Shown: in pieces, positions 59,937-64,000 of the stretch | Layout: every line of letters starts with the position of its first letter | Numbering within the stretch: position 1 is the first letter of the stretch | Origin: an uncultured delta proteobacterium | Lineage (GTDB): Bacteria > Desulfobacterota > RBG-13-43-22 | Reading direction: 5' to 3' | Assembly (NCBI GenBank): GCA_963743305.1 | Contig: CAVUPH010000029.1 | Location: forward strand, 1 to 64,000 | DNA: 64,000 nucleotides | The notes under the pieces: model-generated | What the model saw: only the letters and a program-made list of their open reading frames with translations | Database searches by the model: none | Told to the model about the DNA's origin: nothing | Program-made: the position numbers and the translations under genes

Positions 59937-60169
59937 TCCCCCATAAATCATACTCATTGTAATTCTTTTTTAGATGTAGTCTGACAAAGCACAAATGTCA
60001 AGCTGAAAAGGGAAACCGGCATTCAATTCCGATGCGACACCCGCCGGGACTTTCAAAATTTCGCCCGATCCTTAACCGAACGCCCTTCTTGACAAACAAC
60101 CGGTTCATTAGTTATCGTGACCAATGTTGAATCGTTCCTGGTAACAAGAAAGGGTTGCGGAAAGGAACC

Positions 60170-61204
<1,035 letters not shown>

Positions 61205-61238
61205 GCTACCGTAGTCTTCCCGCCCCTTCCCGGCCGCC

Positions 61239-62078
61239 CTATTTTTTGTCTGTATACCAACTGGATACTTTGGGAATGTGCTTTTGGGCAACCGCCTGAA
61301 CCTTCCCCAAGGTTTCCTGAACGAATTTCTGTTCGGCTTCGGATAGGGGCTCCCATTTGATGTATTCCGAGTTTTCCCACCAGTTATCTCTGGTTTTGAG
61401 ACAGGGTTTGGTGCTTCCAGAGAAAGCCAGCCAGTTGGTAGGCGATGATCTTAGCTGGCATTCTCTATGCTGTTCATAGGGGAAAGCGGGCATGTTTTGA
61501 GCACGGCTGTAGTAAATGTTCTCGCCCAAAGGCCCTATCGGGATGCCGACGATGGCACTGCAGCCGGGCAGGAAACCGGTCCCGGCAGCGGCCGCACCAC
61601 AGGTGGCCATGGCCCGATTATCAATCCTGAGCTGGTGCAGGGCCGCACAGGCATAATCGCAGGCGGCGGCCCAATCCATGGTTTTCCAGACACAAGAGGG
61701 TCCCCCCCAAAGCAGCCCTGGTCCCTTATTCTCCTTGGAATATTTATTGAAGGCGGCACAGCTCTCAAAGCCGCAGGCCCCGCAATCCCAACCGAGCTCC
61801 ATAGAGGTCAAATCCGCACCCAAGAGAAGAATCGCGATGGTCTCCCCTTTTTCAAGGAAGTGTCTGATCGTTTCATAGTCAAAATACATTACCGGGGAGA
61901 TGGGCGCTATTTCTTTGTAGAATTCTATAATAGGCGTTTGGTCCTCTCCGATGACGATCTCGGTTTTGAGCTCAAGTTTCCGGGTCAACTGGGGTGCTTT
62001 GTAGGCCGCGGCCGCAGCCAGTTTGGCCATCTGGATAATGGTATCCTGGGCCGCTTCTTTACCGTCCATCCTGGCCAT
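61239..62078 (-). CDS. DUF2148-like ferredoxin-motif protein
   Basis: AA..AP, DCGACGFESC..GPSC, DNR, NIYY.R. Confidence 0.7.
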   Translation of the reverse strand: MARMDGKEAAQDTIIQMAKLAAAAAYKAPQLTRKLELKTEIVIGEDQTPIIEFYKEIAPISPVMYFDYETIRHFLEKGETIAILLLGADLTSMELGWDCGACGFESCAAFNKYSKENKGPGLLWGGPSCVWKTMDWAAACDYACAALHQLRIDNRAMATCGAAAAGTGFLPGCSAIVGIPIGPLGENIYYSRAQNMPAFPYEQHRECQLRSSPTNWLAFSGSTKPCLKTRDNWWENSEYIKWEPLSEAEQKFVQETLGKVQAVAQKHIPKVSSWYTDKK

Positions 62079-62079
62079 C

Positions 62080-62865
62080 TTACTCCTCCTTCTTCTTGGG
62101 GTATTGGGTCCTATAATCAAAGTTGATTCCCGAGGCGGTCTGACGACTGACCACATAATTCTTGCGTGTATTGTCGATCATTTTGTTCATATTCACGAGA
62201 TGATAGTCGATGTTGATGTCCACGTAGGGGTTCTTGGAAAGAGTGGCCATCAGGATTCCAACCACAAGGGCCGACTTGGGACAGTAACCTATTTGCTGCC
62301 CGGACAGCCCGACGCTCATGAAGGGCTTCGCATCCACCATGAGGGTTTGGGCCATCCAGATGGCCGAGGCCCAGGCATAACCCAGATCATCAACCCTGGC
62401 TACGCATAAGGGCCCTTTGATGGGTGTACTGCTCCTCCGGTCGGTGATGTCAATCAGCCCGTCTTTCTGATCTCGGCGCGTATAGAGGAAACTACAGCCG
62501 GCGGGTCCCCCGCAGAGACCGCAATTGGCATCGAGGGGCGTCTCGTGAGCTCGGTAATTCCCCAGGAAGAGAATCACATCTGACTCTCTCACCATGACCG
62601 CCTCGTTTAGAAACCGTTTCTTCCAACGATCATTGGTGTAAGCCAGGTCCTCCATCTTTCTGGCCACCTTTTCCTGTTCCTCCTGCCCGTAGACCAGATG
62701 GGCCTCTATCTGAGGCACACCCCCGGCTACCGGCGCGGTCAGCGCGGCGTTGAGGCATAATCTGGCCGCCGAGATGGTCGCGTCTCTCCGCCTCAAGTCT
62801 TGCGCGGAGTACTGTGGCCAATCGGTGATGTACTCTTCACCCCTCAATTGATCGAACTTTTCCAT
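62080..62865 (-). CDS. DUF2148-like ferredoxin-motif protein (paralogue)
   Basis: AALTAP, NCGLCGG..C..GPLC, DLGYA..SA, SKNPY.D. Confidence 0.7.
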   Translation of the reverse strand: MEKFDQLRGEEYITDWPQYSAQDLRRRDATISAARLCLNAALTAPVAGGVPQIEAHLVYGQEEQEKVARKMEDLAYTNDRWKKRFLNEAVMVRESDVILFLGNYRAHETPLDANCGLCGGPAGCSFLYTRRDQKDGLIDITDRRSSTPIKGPLCVARVDDLGYAWASAIWMAQTLMVDAKPFMSVGLSGQQIGYCPKSALVVGILMATLSKNPYVDINIDYHLVNMNKMIDNTRKNYVVSRQTASGINFDYRTQYPKKKEE

Positions 62866-62931
62866 ACGGTCCTCCTCAGATTTTATGAATGACTTTCTTC
62901 TTCCAGAAGGCTCAACATACGCCGGGCACTC

Positions 62932-64000
62932 CTATTTTTTCAAAATATGGACGCACATGACCGCGTTATCACCCCCAATGATGCCTCCGCCATTATGAAT
63001 CAAGCCCACTTGGGGCGATTTAACCTGCCTCTTCCCGGCCTCCCCGCGGAGTTGCCAGACTATCTCCGAGATCATACCCAGCCCCGTCGCTCCAACCGGA
63101 TGCCCCTTGGATTCGAGACCACCGCTCGTGTTGATGGGGATTGATCCGTCTATTTCGGTTTCTCCCTCTTCCAGGAACCGAGGCGCTTCTCCTCTTTTAC
63201 AAAAACCAAGCTCCTCAAAAAACGTGAACTCTGCGGGGGAGAAGGCATTATGGACCTCGGCCACGTCGATATCCTCCGGTCCGATCCCCGACATCTCAAA
63301 GGCCTCCCGGGCAGCCAACTCGGTGGAATTATGCTTTTCCCGGTCTATTTCAATATCGAGAAATACCCCGGAGGCCATGCCGCTCCCGGCGATGAGGATA
63401 GGGTCCGACCGATACCTCCGGGCTATCGATTCGGCACAAAGAATAGCTGCCGCGCCTCCGTCACCAATGGGCGAACACATATAGAGGGTTATGGGGTCGG
63501 CAATCATCTTGGAATGGAGCACCTCCTCTACCGTGACTTCCCGTTGTATCTGGGCGTGGGGGTTGAGGCACCCGTTCTTGTGGTTTTTGACGCAGACTTT
63601 GGCGATCTGCTCTCTGGTGCAACCGGTTTCACGCATGTAGCGTTTAGCCTCCATGGCATAGAGGCCGGGGAAGAAGACCCCCAGGTTCCCTTCGATAGCC
63701 ACATCCGTGCAACTGGCCAACGCCCGGGCGGTTTTGGCGGTATCGTCGACATAGAGTTTTTCAAATCCTACGGCCAGGGCGATATCGTACATGCCCGAGG
63801 CGATACCCAGCATGGCTTCCCGAAAGGCCGTGGAGGAGGAAGCGCAGGCATTCGGCGTATTGATGATCGGCCTGCCGACCAGCCCCGCATCCCGCATGAC
63901 GACCTGTCCCCTGACATCCTCCTGACCTGAGAGCAAACCTTCAACTGCATTTCCGCAGTAAATTACCTCGATATCCCTGGGGTTGACCTTAGCGTCTCGG
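62932..64000 (-). CDS. SCP2/SCP-x type thiolase family protein; 5' end beyond the window
   Basis: NACAS, KNH.NG.LNP.A, CSPIGDG, EVHNAF, GHPVGATG, HNGGG; frame open to the window edge. Confidence 0.9.
   Translation of the reverse strand, partial: RDAKVNPRDIEVIYCGNAVEGLLSGQEDVRGQVVMRDAGLVGRPIINTPNACASSSTAFREAMLGIASGMYDIALAVGFEKLYVDDTAKTARALASCTDVAIEGNLGVFFPGLYAMEAKRYMRETGCTREQIAKVCVKNHKNGCLNPHAQIQREVTVEEVLHSKMIADPITLYMCSPIGDGGAAAILCAESIARRYRSDPILIAGSGMASGVFLDIEIDREKHNSTELAAREAFEMSGIGPEDIDVAEVHNAFSPAEFTFFEELGFCKRGEAPRFLEEGETEIDGSIPINTSGGLESKGHPVGATGLGMISEIVWQLRGEAGKRQVKSPQVGLIHNGGGIIGGDNAVMCVHILKK

Overview
The window appears to join DNA from two different sources. Bases 1-~7730 are an AT-richer, Clostridia-like sigma54-controlled acetoin dehydrogenase cluster (acoR, DUF6506-like, acoABXCL). 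It breaks off a few codons into a Lin0512-like gene and runs in frame into the middle of an unrelated TrlF-like ATPase, which is probably a chimeric junction. The rest looks like Desulfobacterota (Deltaproteobacteria) chromosome. It holds a defence-like ATPase/Schlafen pair, a RAYT-derived element, a nucleotide-sugar operon and corC, a Fic/M48/type I R-M island, and tmRNA (tag ADDYNYALAA) with a duplicated GIY-YIG module at its 3' end. It also holds the ffh-rpsP-khpA-rimM-trmD-rplS-rnhB-yraN-rsmI-ptsH-ptsI-smpB block, tRNA-Lys and tRNA-Glu, a Liv-type ABC plus acyl-CoA ligase cluster, a LysM-FecR/CHASE2 kinase pair and moaA/moeA genes. Near the right end are an integron relic (truncated intI, attI, one clear attC, a garbled cassette), two PIN toxin-antitoxin pairs, ltaE, and a thiolase with two ferredoxin-motif (DUF2148-like) proteins. 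Many gene junctions carry short 7-9-mer repeat or palindrome inserts. One bracketed non-coding element occurs twice, with different cargo between conserved ends. About a dozen frameshifts in conserved genes suggest uncorrected long-read errors. All family assignments come from motif recognition only; no searches were run.
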